Assembly (NCBI GenBank): GCA_010093605.1 | Contig: MU004195.1 | Location: 1 to 64,000 of the forward strand | From: Lophium mytilinum | Taxonomy: Eukaryota | DNA: 64,000 nucleotides | Reading direction: 5' to 3' | In this document: piece by piece, positions 36,395 through 48,468 of the stretch | How the letters are laid out: each line of letters starts with the position of its first letter | How positions within the stretch are numbered: position 1 is the first letter of the stretch | Position numbers and translations under genes: made by a program | Notes under the pieces: model-generated | Database searches by the model: none | What the model was told of the DNA's origin: nothing | Seen by the model: the letters and a program-made list of their open reading frames with translations, nothing else

Positions 36395-38046
36395 CTACGC
36401 TGGGCGGGTTCCCAGAGCCGGTAAACCGCTCTCCACGAGTACTTTGTTTACTTCGGCAAGATTCTCCAGAAAGTGCCCCTTCATGTTATCCCAGAACTCC
36501 GGTTTTTGGAGTTTGATCGTGTTGTGCCTTTCCATGGCGAACTTGGTAACAGAGAAATGAGAGCTGAGGTGTAGCATAAAACCAATGCTGCCAACTCCAA
36601 CCAGCATGGGCTCCAAAGGCGTAGTGGTAGCTTTCACCCAGGCTTCATACGACTCTCCATGTGGCATGTAGCTGTGCTCTAGAGTGAGTCCGCCAGCTTC
36701 TTGCTCTCGGGCGCTGCCACCGTATTTTCCGCAAATGAGACCACCAATCTCGGTGGCCATGTTACGATGGTAATACTAAAAAACGAAGATCAGTATGGCG
36801 TGATTGGTGGGTAGCCTATATACGTACGGGCGGTCTGAAGGTGTTCGTCGCTGTGGCCCACTTCGGAGTGAAAACAGCGAATTCTGTGAGCGATACCCCG
36901 TCCCATTTCGACTTTGCCATCAGAACTGTGTAGATGGTGGGATCGAGTTGTTCTTTCATTGAAGAAGAGAGAGCAACGAACTTCTCGAGCAGGTATTTAT
37001 ATGGGACGTAGCTGAAATGTGATGAGCGTTGTTCCATGTGCGAGATATAATACTTTACTGACTTTCCATGCCACGCCACTACATCGAACGGTGTCCATGC
37101 TTGATCATAGCAATAGAGCTCGCCTGTAAGTTTATGGACAATGGTCCACTTCGATTCGTCAATGTCGAAACTGGCGACTGGCATCTCAAAGTCTCTGGGA
37201 TGTGCCAGACCATTCGTTCCAACGGGTCCCATTTCCGGAAGCTCGTAGTGACTGCCGAATATCTCCTGGATATAACCATGAACTGGTCCATCAGGCAATA
37301 GAACTCGGAATCGGATGCCAGCTTGCATGACAAAGATCTCTCCGGGTCGTACCATTATCCGGCCCAGTTCTGTCTGAATGTCCAGCCGGCCGACCTGTGG
37401 AATGATCAACATATCCCCGTCATTATTGCAAAAGGCCTCGTTGATCATAGATGCATTAGCAGCATACATGTGAACCGCGACACCTTCCCTGATGGTGGGA
37501 TCGCCGCGGCCACCCATGGTCTTGATTCCTTGGTAGAAGTTGATGCTTTGAGAGGCTTCTGGGATGTCGAGTGGGCCCCAAGTATAGGTAAGAGGAGTAT
37601 AATGAACGTTTGGGTTTTGAGGGGCGAAGCATGCTTCAAGGTCTGGTGACAGTGCCATAGGCTGGAGTGGTCGATGAGCGACTGATGGGCGAACCCGGTA
37701 CATCCAGACATGTTGCAATGATTGCCGAGAAGAAATGAAAGAGGTTCCATTGAGCTGCTCAGAATACAAATCGTACCGGCATTTCTGTGGTACGTTCTGA
37801 CCACCTGGTGGGAGAGCGCCAGGTCTATGAACGGCGTTAACGCAAGTCTGATGCAATTGCTCATTGCACTGCTCACACTGCTTCTGTCGCAAATCGATTA
37901 CCAAAGCCCGTCTGGTATCGATACGGATCGCCCGTCCTTGGCTCTGTGGTGAAGGACCCGGCTGCGGATGCTCCAAAGGTAGGGCTGAAGGGTGTGCCTG
38001 CTGCGGTAACAGGAGCTAGATGCTCCAAGCCGCTAATTTCTCCCAT
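36395..38046 (-). CDS. Homogentisate 1,2-dioxygenase-like protein, divergent paralog
   Basis: Exons 38046-37877, 37824-37063, 37011-36828 and 36775-36395. YQTGFGN, LYSEQLNGT, WMYRVRPS, NNDGD, PFDVVAWHGNY, FRPPYYHRN..TE, PHG. Confidence 0.9.
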
Positions 38047-38441
38047 GCTTGCTAATTCAAAACGCAAGAAAACTGGATTCGAGAGCAAGGAAAAGATAAG
38101 AAGACGCTGCAATGGCTACAGTATTGCAGCAGCCGCGTATATAGCCCAGATGGAGCCCCATTTGCCACCAGGCAATAACGTGTGCCGCGGACAATGTTTG
38201 CGGGGACTTGTACCGGGGCCTGCAGTTTGCCGGCCGGCCATACTGTGAGGACAGCTTCTAAGATCTGCATCTATGAAGTCCCTGTGGCACGTTGAGGTGA
38301 GAGTCAGGGAGTCCCGATAAGGGTCCAAACCATGATTCAAACAAGAGTGGGCTGCATTGCAGATAAGACTGATGGTGCCGGGGCTGAATAAAACCATCGG
38401 CCGGCCAGCAGCCGGCAGTTGGAACAGTGGAAGCATCGGGC

Positions 38442-40618
38442 ATGATGGATGAATCTCGTTTGGATGAGCATCGTGCAAGGCTGAGCAGGGCCAGTGTTGC
38501 ATGTCGAAGGTGCGTGAGTTGAATTTGAAGCTTGAGCGAAGTTGGACGGAGAAATGCTCGGGCCGGCTGATCCCTTCTCGCCCAAACAGATGCCGGAGAC
38601 TTCGAGCCAAATGCCATCACGACAATGGAGAGCCGCCGTGTAATGGATGCATCAAGGCAGGGCCCCAGGAGAGGGACTCGTGGTAAGTGCTATATCACGG
38701 AGTGATTACACGACCTTTAGGCCCTGAAGTTGGTTCTAATCGACTCTCTAGCTCATTCCCACCACGAGGGCACAGCCATCGCGATCGAGAGTTTCGAGCC
38801 CCTCGACGGAAATCTAGGACAGATGCCCCTTCTAATCCACAAACACGCCCTCAAGTCGTGTCGAAACGCGCCACACCCCCAATCATCCTCGAAACCCCAC
38901 AGACACTATCTCCAATAGGCTCGAATACAACCAGCAGTCCAGAGGCTCTGCTTTCTTGGGAGCTGCTACCTCCTCATGAAGAGGTTGTCGAGGGATGCAA
39001 GGTATTCTGGACATCTTTGATCCAAGTTGGCTTCATTCCCAAGCGCCTGTTTCTCGAGCGTCTGAGCAAAGACCGCTCGTCGATCAGTCTATTCTTCATA
39101 CTCAGCATCCTGAGCGTGTCTGCCAGGTTCACGCCCAGCCTTATCAGGCGTTATGGAGACTGCTCTAGTGCTGGGGACTACTTCATCCATCATGCCTCGC
39201 GCTTGGTGGGCCAGGTCCTCTATGAGCCTACTCTGGAGAACGTACAAGCACTGTTTCTACTTGCACTAGCGCAGTATGCCCAAGGAGACCGCACGCGCAG
39301 TTCTATGAACATGGGCATTGCTGTCAGAATGGCTGGTATTCTCCGTCTACACCGAGAAGAGACGTATGTGCTCCCAGAGCACGTATCTACGGATGAAGCA
39401 GTGCAATCGGAGATGGCGAGAAGGACTTTCTGGGTGTTGGAAACTCAGGACCATCTCCACTCCGGACATGCTTCACCCTTGCCATTCGCCCCCTCTGACA
39501 TTACTGCCTTGCTTCCGTCGGATGAGAGCGACTTCGCATTCGGGAGGGTCCCAAAGCAACGTGCCGCGCTTGCTGGTACCAAGGCCGCAGAACTAAATCC
39601 ACAACTGACCTCTCTTCCTTCACGCTCATTATTTGCGACTTTATTGGAAGCTCATAGTCACTGGGGCAACGTAGCAAGAAAAGCTTGTCGGACGGATCTT
39701 TCCAACGACTCAGTAAAGCCTTGGGATAGCGGTAGCGACTTTGCACGTATCATTCAGACACTAAATGATTGGGAGGCCGGCCTACCGGACAAGCATTGCT
39801 GGTCAGTCTGGAATCTCCGAGGCTATTGCGCCGAAGAGCTCCATCTGGCGTATATGTCAGTGGTCATGGCCACTAGATTGAACCACGTCGTAATTCGAAG
39901 AATCTACCTGGATGATATTCTTGCTGCCGCTTCTGGGACCTCGCAGGACGATGCTCCACCAAGCTTCTGGCGTAACGTCGCGGAAGACATGTTTACTAAC
40001 GTTTGTGCTCTACACGAGCGTATTGGTACATTCATATCTCTCCGTTCGGAAAACGAAGGATTCCCAGCTATGCTATTATTCTCACTTTATGTGTGCGGGA
40101 CTCTCGCTATTCAACTTCTCAGATGGCCTCATTTGGCCCCGCGTTATGCCTCAAAGGCAGAATCGATCGCAAGCGGCTCCCTGGAGATCTTGGGCGATCT
40201 GCAGCATATATGGCCACTAGCATCACGGTGGACAAATTCTCTCCGCAGATCAGCGGCGTATCTCCAGAGTAGAGATGGTATCGACCTGCCAGCTTTCATA
40301 CCATCCACCCAGTTCGAAGACCGGATAGCGAACTCTGAGGATCTACAGCTCCCAAGCATACATTCGGCCAACTCACCCAGAAATATCGACACCGCCAACC
40401 TTGAAGTGCTCAGCATGGCCGTGTCGTCTCGATCGCAGATGGAAATGATGGGCAGCAACGAAGACTTAATAGATCCGTCCCTCACCTTGACACCCACGAT
40501 TCGCCCCCTTGGTGATGCTTTTGAGACGGAGCTGGCAGAATTTTTGCTTGGAAGAACACACATGGGGATGATGAACGACTGGGTTTCTGAGCGATTCAGC
40601 GTCACGCAGAGCTTTTGA
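38442..40618 (+). CDS. Zn(II)2Cys6 transcription factor, divergent from the dioxygenase
   Basis: Spliced ACRRCRRLRAKCHHDNGEPPCNGC...C; fungal TF domain with AVRMAGILRLH and ARRTFW. Confidence 0.88.
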
Positions 40619-41314
40619 TGCACTGTTTCATCCGCTATTGACAATACATAGGATAGATCTAGCCTGAATGTTACAATGTGGCACAGCACACCTACAGGTG
40701 CTCTGCGAATATACGCTCGTCCTACTGCTTTTTTAGCGATACTTCCTCGTGATATTCTCTAATTGCCGAAATTATCAATTGATCTAAAGCGTTACGTTCT
40801 CCATCGCTACTTATATCTCACTCCTCAAAACAGCCACAGAACGCCATCGATTCGTCTGAGAAAGCGTGGACTCCCAAGAACATGGCCTGAAAGCTACAGT
40901 CTCAACGAACTCTTCTATCGTCGTGGACCGATCCGCGAAGGAAGTTCATCCTGTTGAGTGTGGCCTTGGTATGGGCAAGATGCGCTAGCCAAATTCAGCT
41001 TGTCCGGGATCTTGTTGCGAGCCCAAAACAAGGGGCCAACGAACCTCAGATCTCCACTTGGCACCAGCGCTTTCTCAACGCTCAATATCCAAACCTCTTT
41101 GCAACAAATAAAGGCTTAGGCCGTGACAACTACCGGTCGGCGCTAGTCTGGGGGCGGCACCAGTGCTACTTTCAGTGCACCGTTATGGCCAGCCTCGATT
41201 CTACCTATATGACAGACTCTGATGTGGATATATCGGTCATCAGTACTTCTACCTAGACCACCCCCAATATACCCTGGTAGCCCACGAAGAACACCCTTCG
41301 CAAAAGAAAAAACT

Positions 41315-42562
41315 ATGCCGGCAGTTCCAACAGCAACCTCAGTTCCGCCCATTGGCCCTGCAGTCCCGAAGCTCCGATCCTCTTGTGATAGCTGCGGAAA
41401 TGCCAAAGTTAAATGCGATCGTGATCGACCCAAATGTGGTCGCTGTGCTACTCTCGGCTTGCCCTGTGTCTACGGGCTATCGCGCCATTTTGGCAAACCA
41501 CCGAGGAAGAGGCTTACCACAGATCTTGATGAAGGGACCGCCAGATGCAAAAAACGAACGACACGTGTTGACCAGAGTCGCAGCAATTATATTGCCTTGG
41601 ACTATACCCGGCCCCAAAGTATGAACGATTCCGGACAGCTTGTACTCTCCAATCCAACGACAGATATCCCTTCATCTACTTCCGACCTCTCAAATCCGTT
41701 GCGTTTGGACGAGCAGAGTCAATTCATCTCGGCCTTTTCCCCCTCATTGTTCTTTGATGAATGGCCTCAGCTGGAAAATTTCGAATTTGGCATTGATATT
41801 CCCTCAGTCGCAAAGAGTCCCGCCACAGAGGCCCGACCATCAGCTTCCGCATTAGAGCCCATCAACTCGAGGATAGACTCTACCTCTCGAAAGCCCCACA
41901 GCTGCCCACGGGAGTCGTACGAGATTTTTCGGGATTTGATCTGCCCTGCGCCTGACCTACACGCACCCGAAGCAAATTCGGATCCCGTCTCAGCACGACT
42001 GGACCAGGTACTTTGCTGCACCAGAAATGCCATCGATCGTCTTTCGCAGCTTCTAAGATGTCCATGCGCCAGCTCCGGGCACCGGGTCATGGTACACGCC
42101 TCTTCTATTGCCCGAATACTGATGTGGTACCAACAGGCTGCGGGGTGGACCTGCAGTAATGCCTGGCAGTCTCGGCCGTTAGCACTGGCAAGCTCGCCAA
42201 CGTCGGGCAGTGCGTCTCCATCTTCGCCGCCTTCATATGATACAGGGGCCAGCACAGATACAATAAGCACACCCACACTGGCTCAATGTACTGGGTTTGT
42301 GGTTGAACATGTGCCTGTTTCAATGGGGGCGTTCAGCATCGAAGATCAGAATATGCAGGCTGCATTCAAGACCCGGTTGGTTTTGAGCGAGCTTAAAAGG
42401 ACTGCTAGCTTGATTGAACTCTTTATATCGCAAGGCTCCTGCGAACCCTCCGCCAATGGTATCGCTGGCTTGCATACACATCTAGGAACATGGCTCCGGA
42501 GTGAGCATTCTCGAACTGTCGAAACTTTGACGGCGAAGCTTAGTGCTTTGAACGACATCTAG
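41315..42562 (+). CDS. AflR/GliZ-like Zn(II)2Cys6 transcription factor
   Basis: KLRSSCDSCGNAKVKCDRDRPKCGRCATLGLPCVYGLSR; C-terminal LSQLLRCPC...ILMWY...VSMGAFSIE...LVLSEL, typical of AflR-type regulators. Confidence 0.85.
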   Translation: MPAVPTATSVPPIGPAVPKLRSSCDSCGNAKVKCDRDRPKCGRCATLGLPCVYGLSRHFGKPPRKRLTTDLDEGTARCKKRTTRVDQSRSNYIALDYTRPQSMNDSGQLVLSNPTTDIPSSTSDLSNPLRLDEQSQFISAFSPSLFFDEWPQLENFEFGIDIPSVAKSPATEARPSASALEPINSRIDSTSRKPHSCPRESYEIFRDLICPAPDLHAPEANSDPVSARLDQVLCCTRNAIDRLSQLLRCPCASSGHRVMVHASSIARILMWYQQAAGWTCSNAWQSRPLALASSPTSGSASPSSPPSYDTGASTDTISTPTLAQCTGFVVEHVPVSMGAFSIEDQNMQAAFKTRLVLSELKRTASLIELFISQGSCEPSANGIAGLHTHLGTWLRSEHSRTVETLTAKLSALNDI

Positions 42563-42692
42563 ATCTACTTTAATCTAAATCGGATAAACCGGGCTTGAAG
42601 CCAATATGTCACATAGTCCTCAATTATGGGCCGTTGAATAAGGAATTCGATTTGAGGGAATGAAAAGGCAGTGCGCGCATTGGCCGCAGTTT

Positions 42693-42703
42693 TCGGGAAC
42701 CGA
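42693..42703. promoter_or_regulatory. TCGG-N3-CCGA (= TCG-N5-CGA) AflR/GliZ-type site
   Basis: tcgggaaccga lies ~215 bp upstream of the NmrA-like ATG, with TATAAAA at ~42818. Confidence 0.55.
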
Positions 42704-42918
42704 TGGAGAAACCCCATTGGCTGAGTCGCTGCTATCCAGAACAAGCGATCCTAGATGCTTCAAAACACAACAAGTGATTTTCTGTTCGATTAGACTTGGG
42801 TACTGAGCTGGGTTTTCTATAAAAAGCGGAGGTCAATCCCACTTCTTAATAGTAAATAGATCTCGTCAGCACACATTTTTCCCTTCATTCATTTTTCATA
42901 CCTCACCACTCAAGCACA

Positions 42919-44142
42919 ATGGTCAAGATCGCAATAGCTGGTGGCTCGGGTGGTACGTAACTTTGCATTCCAAACGAGAAAAAATAGAGCTAACTTTACA
43001 TCCAGAAGTTGCCAGTGAGGTCATCGACGCTTTGGTAACCGCGAAGAAGCATGAGATTACTATCCTCAGTAGGAGGGTGAGTATTTACCCTTGGCCTTCG
43101 TTTTTCCACAGCAATCTTACTTAGGCGGCACAGAAAGCTCCTATCGGGGACAAAAGGGAAGGATTGTCATGGCGAGTTGTAAACTACGACGACAAGAGCG
43201 AGCTGATCGAAGCCCTCCAGGGAATTCACACCGTCTTGTCTTTCATTCAGCTCCTGACGGATCCGAATCAACAGGCCCAGAAGAATCTGATCGATGCTGC
43301 CATACTTGCCGACGTGAAGCGATTTGCTCCCAGCGAATATGGAAGGTGAGCCAGCGAGTCTCCCTGGGATAGATCAATACTTACCGTCTGCAAAGCGCAA
43401 CCACAGTAGATATGCCCTGGTGGGCTAGAAAAGATGCCGTCCAAGAGTACCTGAAACAAGTCAACGAGAGTGGGAAGGTAAAACCCAATCCCACATTCTA
43501 TGACGGTCGCATCGTTGCTGATTCCGCCGCTCAGACAATCGAGTATACCCTTTTCCAGCCAGGCATGTTTCTGGACTACCTGGCATTCCCATACAAGACG
43601 GCTAGACATCTTACTCCTCTAAATACGATGATTGATTTTGAGCACCGGCGTGCAGTTATCGTTGAAGGCCACGACGCCATCATGACTTTCACCACAGTCC
43701 AAGATCTTGCTGCAGTTGTAGCGAGAGCAGTTGACTACGATGGAAAGTGGCCCGTCATTGGTGGAATCAGTGGCAACAGAGTCCCCATTTCGCGCATTCT
43801 CGAGATTGGTGAGAAAGTTCGAGGTTGGTCTCATCCCACCCATCTGAAACATCGTCGAGCTGCTCTCATAATGTCACAGGTCATCCATTTACCATTGGAA
43901 AGGTGAAAGTGGAAGATCTTGAGGGCGGAATTCTCAATACTTCGTGGTCGCTCGAAACGAGCCATCCAAGCGTCTCTGGAGAAGAGGCCACGAAATTGTT
44001 GAAAGCTGTCCTCATTGGTACCCTATTAAGCTGCGCAAAGGGTGCCTGGGATGTGTCGGATGACTTCAACCAGCTTTTACCAGATTTCAAGTTCACGCAG
44101 ATCGAGGACTTCCTCGCCAAAGTCTGGGAGGGAAAGCCGTAG
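42919..44142 (+). CDS. NmrA/isoflavone-reductase-like NAD(P)-binding oxidoreductase
   Basis: MVKIAIAGGSG, NLIDAAILADVKRFAPSEYG, EYTLFQPGMFLDY, FTTVQDLA; multiple introns. Confidence 0.88.
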
Positions 44143-44312
44143 TCGTAGATGTGTGATAGGCGAAGTCGCTCGCAGTGCCGGCCGGCGAATTTGCCGTGGC
44201 GGCTACACATGTTACCAACATCAACACATACTTTCTCACATACAACCTCATCAAAGCGTCGGAGTCTCTCACCACCTCTTGTAAAGCAAGCACATTGAAG
44301 TCACACCTAGCT

Positions 44313-45039
44313 ATGGCTGACATCTCCCCTGCTGATTATCCCGAGTACACCGAGAACATTTCCAACAAATCCCAGCCTCCACTCGGCTTCGGGACCCGCC
44401 CAGCCCTGATCATTGTCGATGCTCAAAAAGCTTACTGGAGTCCTGATTCGCCTCTCGATTTCAGCTCTTATGAGAATGCCGCCGCTGCTCCTGCCCACAT
44501 CAAGACCCTCGTTTCCTCCGCTCGCTCTGGAAAGTGTCCCGTGATATGGTCTCGGATACAATACGAGAACGCATCACTGAGGGATGCAGGCTTATGGGCG
44601 AAGAAGAGGAAGCACCTAGACTGTTTCCTGTCCAGTGATTCGAGGGGTCTAGGAGACTGGATTGAAGGACTTGGCCCCGAAGGAGACGATGTCGTTATTA
44701 CGAAGAAGTTCGCGAGCGCATTCTTCGGGACAACACTTGCGACACAATTACAGATGCTCAACGTAGACACCTTAGTGATTTCTGGTGCGAATACGAGCGG
44801 ATCCATCAGACAGACAACACTGGACACCATGCAAAGCGGGTTTAGACCAATCGTAAGCTATGATTCTATCCTCTCAGCTCGTCACGAGGTAGCTAACTTA
44901 CGTTTCAAAGGTTGTAGCAGCGGCTTGTGCTGATCGGTCTCGAGAGACTCACTTCGCGAATCTGTTCGATATTCGGGCAAAGATGGGAGATGTGATTGCT
45001 GTCGATGAAGCTTGCAAACAGCTGGAGAAGGGTTGGTAG
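44313..45039 (+). CDS. Second isochorismatase-family protein, nucleophile Cys replaced by Ser
   Basis: LGFGTRPALIIVD, KKFASAFFGT, GANTSGSIR; intron 44853-44910; exon 2 ends at stop 45037-45039. Confidence 0.88.
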
Positions 45040-45539
45040 CGAGGCTGCAACCAAACTATCTTTGCGAATATACCACTCTTCTGGCACATTTCTGACTTGC
45101 CTCACATTTGTACAACTTGATCGCTGCTCTAAAAGCTCGCCCAGGGACCCTTGTCTGACGCAATCTGTAAGCGAATATACGAATTCACGTACTCCCCAAA
45201 GGTTACAGAAGGCCTCATGCTCTGTCACCTTCGGGTTCGATGACTGACAGACTGTACGCCGAGGGCCTAGCAAACAATTGAATACCCAACCTCTTGGCCC
45301 AATCAACTCTCCATTGAAGTCATCCGCCCCGCTGCCCCACCTTCGTACAGCAGCTTGATGCGCCTTAACGTGCCGTCGGAGATAGGCGCCACCATCCCGA
45401 TCAGGCGGCCAAAGTGCCGGCCGGGAGATACCAAACCATCACTCACATCTATCATCATGCACCGAATGCCTAGAAATACTAGCCAGGTACTATCACACAA
45501 CAGTAAAGACGAATTGGCATTACTCGCTTTTTCTTCAAA

Positions 45540-47478
45540 ATGGTGCTTCCTCTGAACGTGGTGACTTTGACGGCAGCTCTGCTGCTAGTTGGTGTCTGCT
45601 ACAAGCTTTACACCAAGCTTTTCGCGGGCAAATACCCATTACCGCCTGGACCAAAGGCGCAGTTCTTGGTTGGGCACTATGGTATCGTCCCGGCTGAAGG
45701 ACCGCAGTTTCAGTACGCCAAATGGTCGAAGGAGTTGAGTGAGTACATCCATAGTCAGGAGCGAGAAGAGGTCACGTGCTTTCCATATCCTACTCGAACG
45801 ACCGCAAATAGCAACGCTTGAGAACAAAGCGACAGATTGCTTGTGGTGAACATTTAAGGGGCTAACGACAAAACTAGATACCGATATCCTGTACTTCGAG
45901 TCCTTTGGCACAAAATGGATTGTACTCAACAGCCTCCAAGCGTCTATTGACCTTCTAGATAAACGGGGGAATAACTACAGTGATAGACCGCGTTTCATCA
46001 TGAATGATCTGTCAGTCTACTTTTCCTCAACCTTCAAATCGATGCAACCATGTTTTTTTGCATTCAATGAAGGTCGTTCTACCCCCAAACTGACCTCACC
46101 CACAGCATGGGCTGGGCACCAACGCTCACCTGGCTCCGCTGGTCCCCTAAAATGCAGCAACACCGCAAACTCCTCCAGCCTCCATTCTCCAAGTCGAAAG
46201 TCTCCCAATACTGCCCCCTCCAGCGCCGCGAAGCTATCAAAGCCGCCCAATCCATCCTCCGCACAAATGCCGACCCCATGGCCTGGAACAACGCCATCCG
46301 CCGCTTCGCCGTCGCCGTGGTCATAAACATCGGCTTCGGCGTCGAAATCAAAGACGACAAAAGCCCCTATATCAAAATCGCAGACGAGGCCGCGATGGCA
46401 ATCAGCAACGCAGGCGCCCCAGCGAGCAGTATCGTCGACCGATTCCCCGCCAGTGAGCACCCCTATCCCTCAACCCACCCCTTTCCTTTCTATTCCATCT
46501 AACCCTAACGCCCCCCTTCAGCTCGCTTCCTCCCCTCCTTCCTCCCCTTCATGGAGCGCAAACGCTACGCCGAACGCTGGCGCTACGCCATCGAAAACAT
46601 CACCAACATTCCCTTCGCGGCGACCATCGCCGACCTCGCCGCGAACCGCCGCACCAACTGCTTCGCCGCCGACCGCCTCTCGATCCACGCCTCCAACGCC
46701 GAAAAAGGCATCCCAAACGACTTCTCCCTCGCCGACATCAAGGGCGCCGCTGCCGCCATCTACATCGCCGGCAACGACACCACGCAGACCACCATCGCGC
46801 TCTTCGTGCTGTACCTCATGCAGCACCCGGCCGTGCGCGCGAAAGCGGTCGCCGAGATCGACCGCGTGGTCGGGAGCGAGCGGCTGCCGGAGTTTGCGGA
46901 TATCCCGAACCTGCCGTATTTGAATCTCGTGCTGCAGGAGTGCTATCGCATGAATCCGTTGAGTCCGCTGGGGATCCCGCATGCGAGTGTCAAGGATGAT
47001 GTGTATCGGGGGATGCGGATCCCGGCGGGCACGATTGTGTACCAGAATGTGTGGGCGATTACGCACGATCCGGCGGTTTATTCGCGGGCGTTTGAGTTCT
47101 GGCCAGAGCGGTACTTGAGTGTGGAGGAGGGGGGGAAGGGGGAGCCGTTTCCGGTGGGGAATTTTGGGTTTGGGAGGAGGGTGTGCATTGGGCGCAATCT
47201 GGCCGAGAATAGCATGTTTATGATGTTTGCGGTTGTGTTGGCGACGGTGGAGTTTGGGTGGCCGTTGGGGCCGGATGGGGGGGAGGAGGAGTATGAGATT
47301 GAGTGGTCGTTTAAGGGACAGGCGTCAGTACTTCTCTTTTGTCGATTTGACGAGAGGACAGATGCGAGAGAGTAAAGGCTGACGTTAACGCAGACACCCG
47401 CTACCCTTCAAATGTAGGATGGCACCGCGGAGTGCGAAGGCAGAGGCTTTGCTGATGAATGCGGACTTGTCGACTTAG
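45540..47478 (+). CDS. Cytochrome P450 (OrdA/CYP64-clan-like)
   Basis: N-terminal anchor plus PPGP, YSDRP, AGNDTT, ECYR, WPERY, FGFGRRVCIG; last exon ~47394-47478. Confidence 0.92.
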
Positions 47479-47768
47479 ATGATATGGATCATGAAGATAC
47501 GCCGAGAGAAAAGAGAAGATGAACGACATAATGAAAAGCGAGCATAAGACTAGAGAAGAATGGTAAGGTGTCTGCTATGATGCCAGTCGGCGATAGGGTT
47601 CCCTAGACGTATCAATTCAGCCGGCCAATGACTTTATGCTCGGCACGTAGACTACAAAGCCTCTCCGCCTTTGCCACATTACCACTCGCCCCGCCCAATC
47701 CGTTCTCCAATTGGTCTCAACTCATTCGGACCCCGGCCCTCTCTCCCTGTCCAACCGTCATTCGCTCC

Positions 47769-48468
47769 TCAATACGCTCTCCTTTTACTGTCATCCCCTG
47801 CTACAAAACGCACCGGCACGAAGTAGTCATACATCTCCCCAGCAGTGTAGTACCCACTCGTATGATCCAACACCCCAATAGCCCACTGCCCCGTCCTCTG
47901 ACTCCCACTAATGGGGTAAAGCGTCACATTCGTATGGTAACCTACCACCAACAACGTTAGCATTGCTTTCATATAAGATCTGACCACTCACAAGCAATCA
48001 CATTAACAGCAACAGAAACAAAGCTAATAAAGCACAAAGCGGGTGAAATATGAGTGACGAAAAAGAAAAGGGCGACTTACCATACTCATCCTCCGGCTGC
48101 AGCGCATGCACTGCCTCCTCCCCACCAGTGAACTTCCCGCACGGGGTGGTGGTGCACGGGTAGGCGACGATGTCGATGTCGATGGTGTGGGTTTTGAAGT
48201 AGGCGCCGGAGCAAAAGGTTAGGTTGAAGGGCTGGCGGGGTGGGTTAGCTTCTTCTCATCGAGGTACCGTTATACCGGAAGAAAGCGAGTGAGAGGAGGA
48301 GAGAGGGAATGGAGGGACGGGGAAGAGATAGAGATCACCCACCTGGCCAAGCGTGAGAGTAGCATTAGCCGCAGGACTCATGATCCCGCTGCGGCCGACC
48401 TCGCATTGCGTCGCGGCTGTTACGGCGGCGAGGAGGAATGTCGCACATAGCGAGCGTACGGAAAGCAT
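47769..48468 (-). CDS. Small secreted protein (149 aa, 4 Cys in the mature part), effector candidate
   Basis: Exons 48468-48343, 48231-48081 and 47941-47769 splice in frame; signal peptide MLSVRSLCATFLLAAVTAA. Confidence 0.75.

Noticed and set aside
25083..45039. A chorismate-derived biosynthetic cluster linking ABZ1 with the two isochorismatase-family genes
   Set aside because: Both look like the amidase branch of the family, and ABZ1 sits with housekeeping MSO1 and GYP7.
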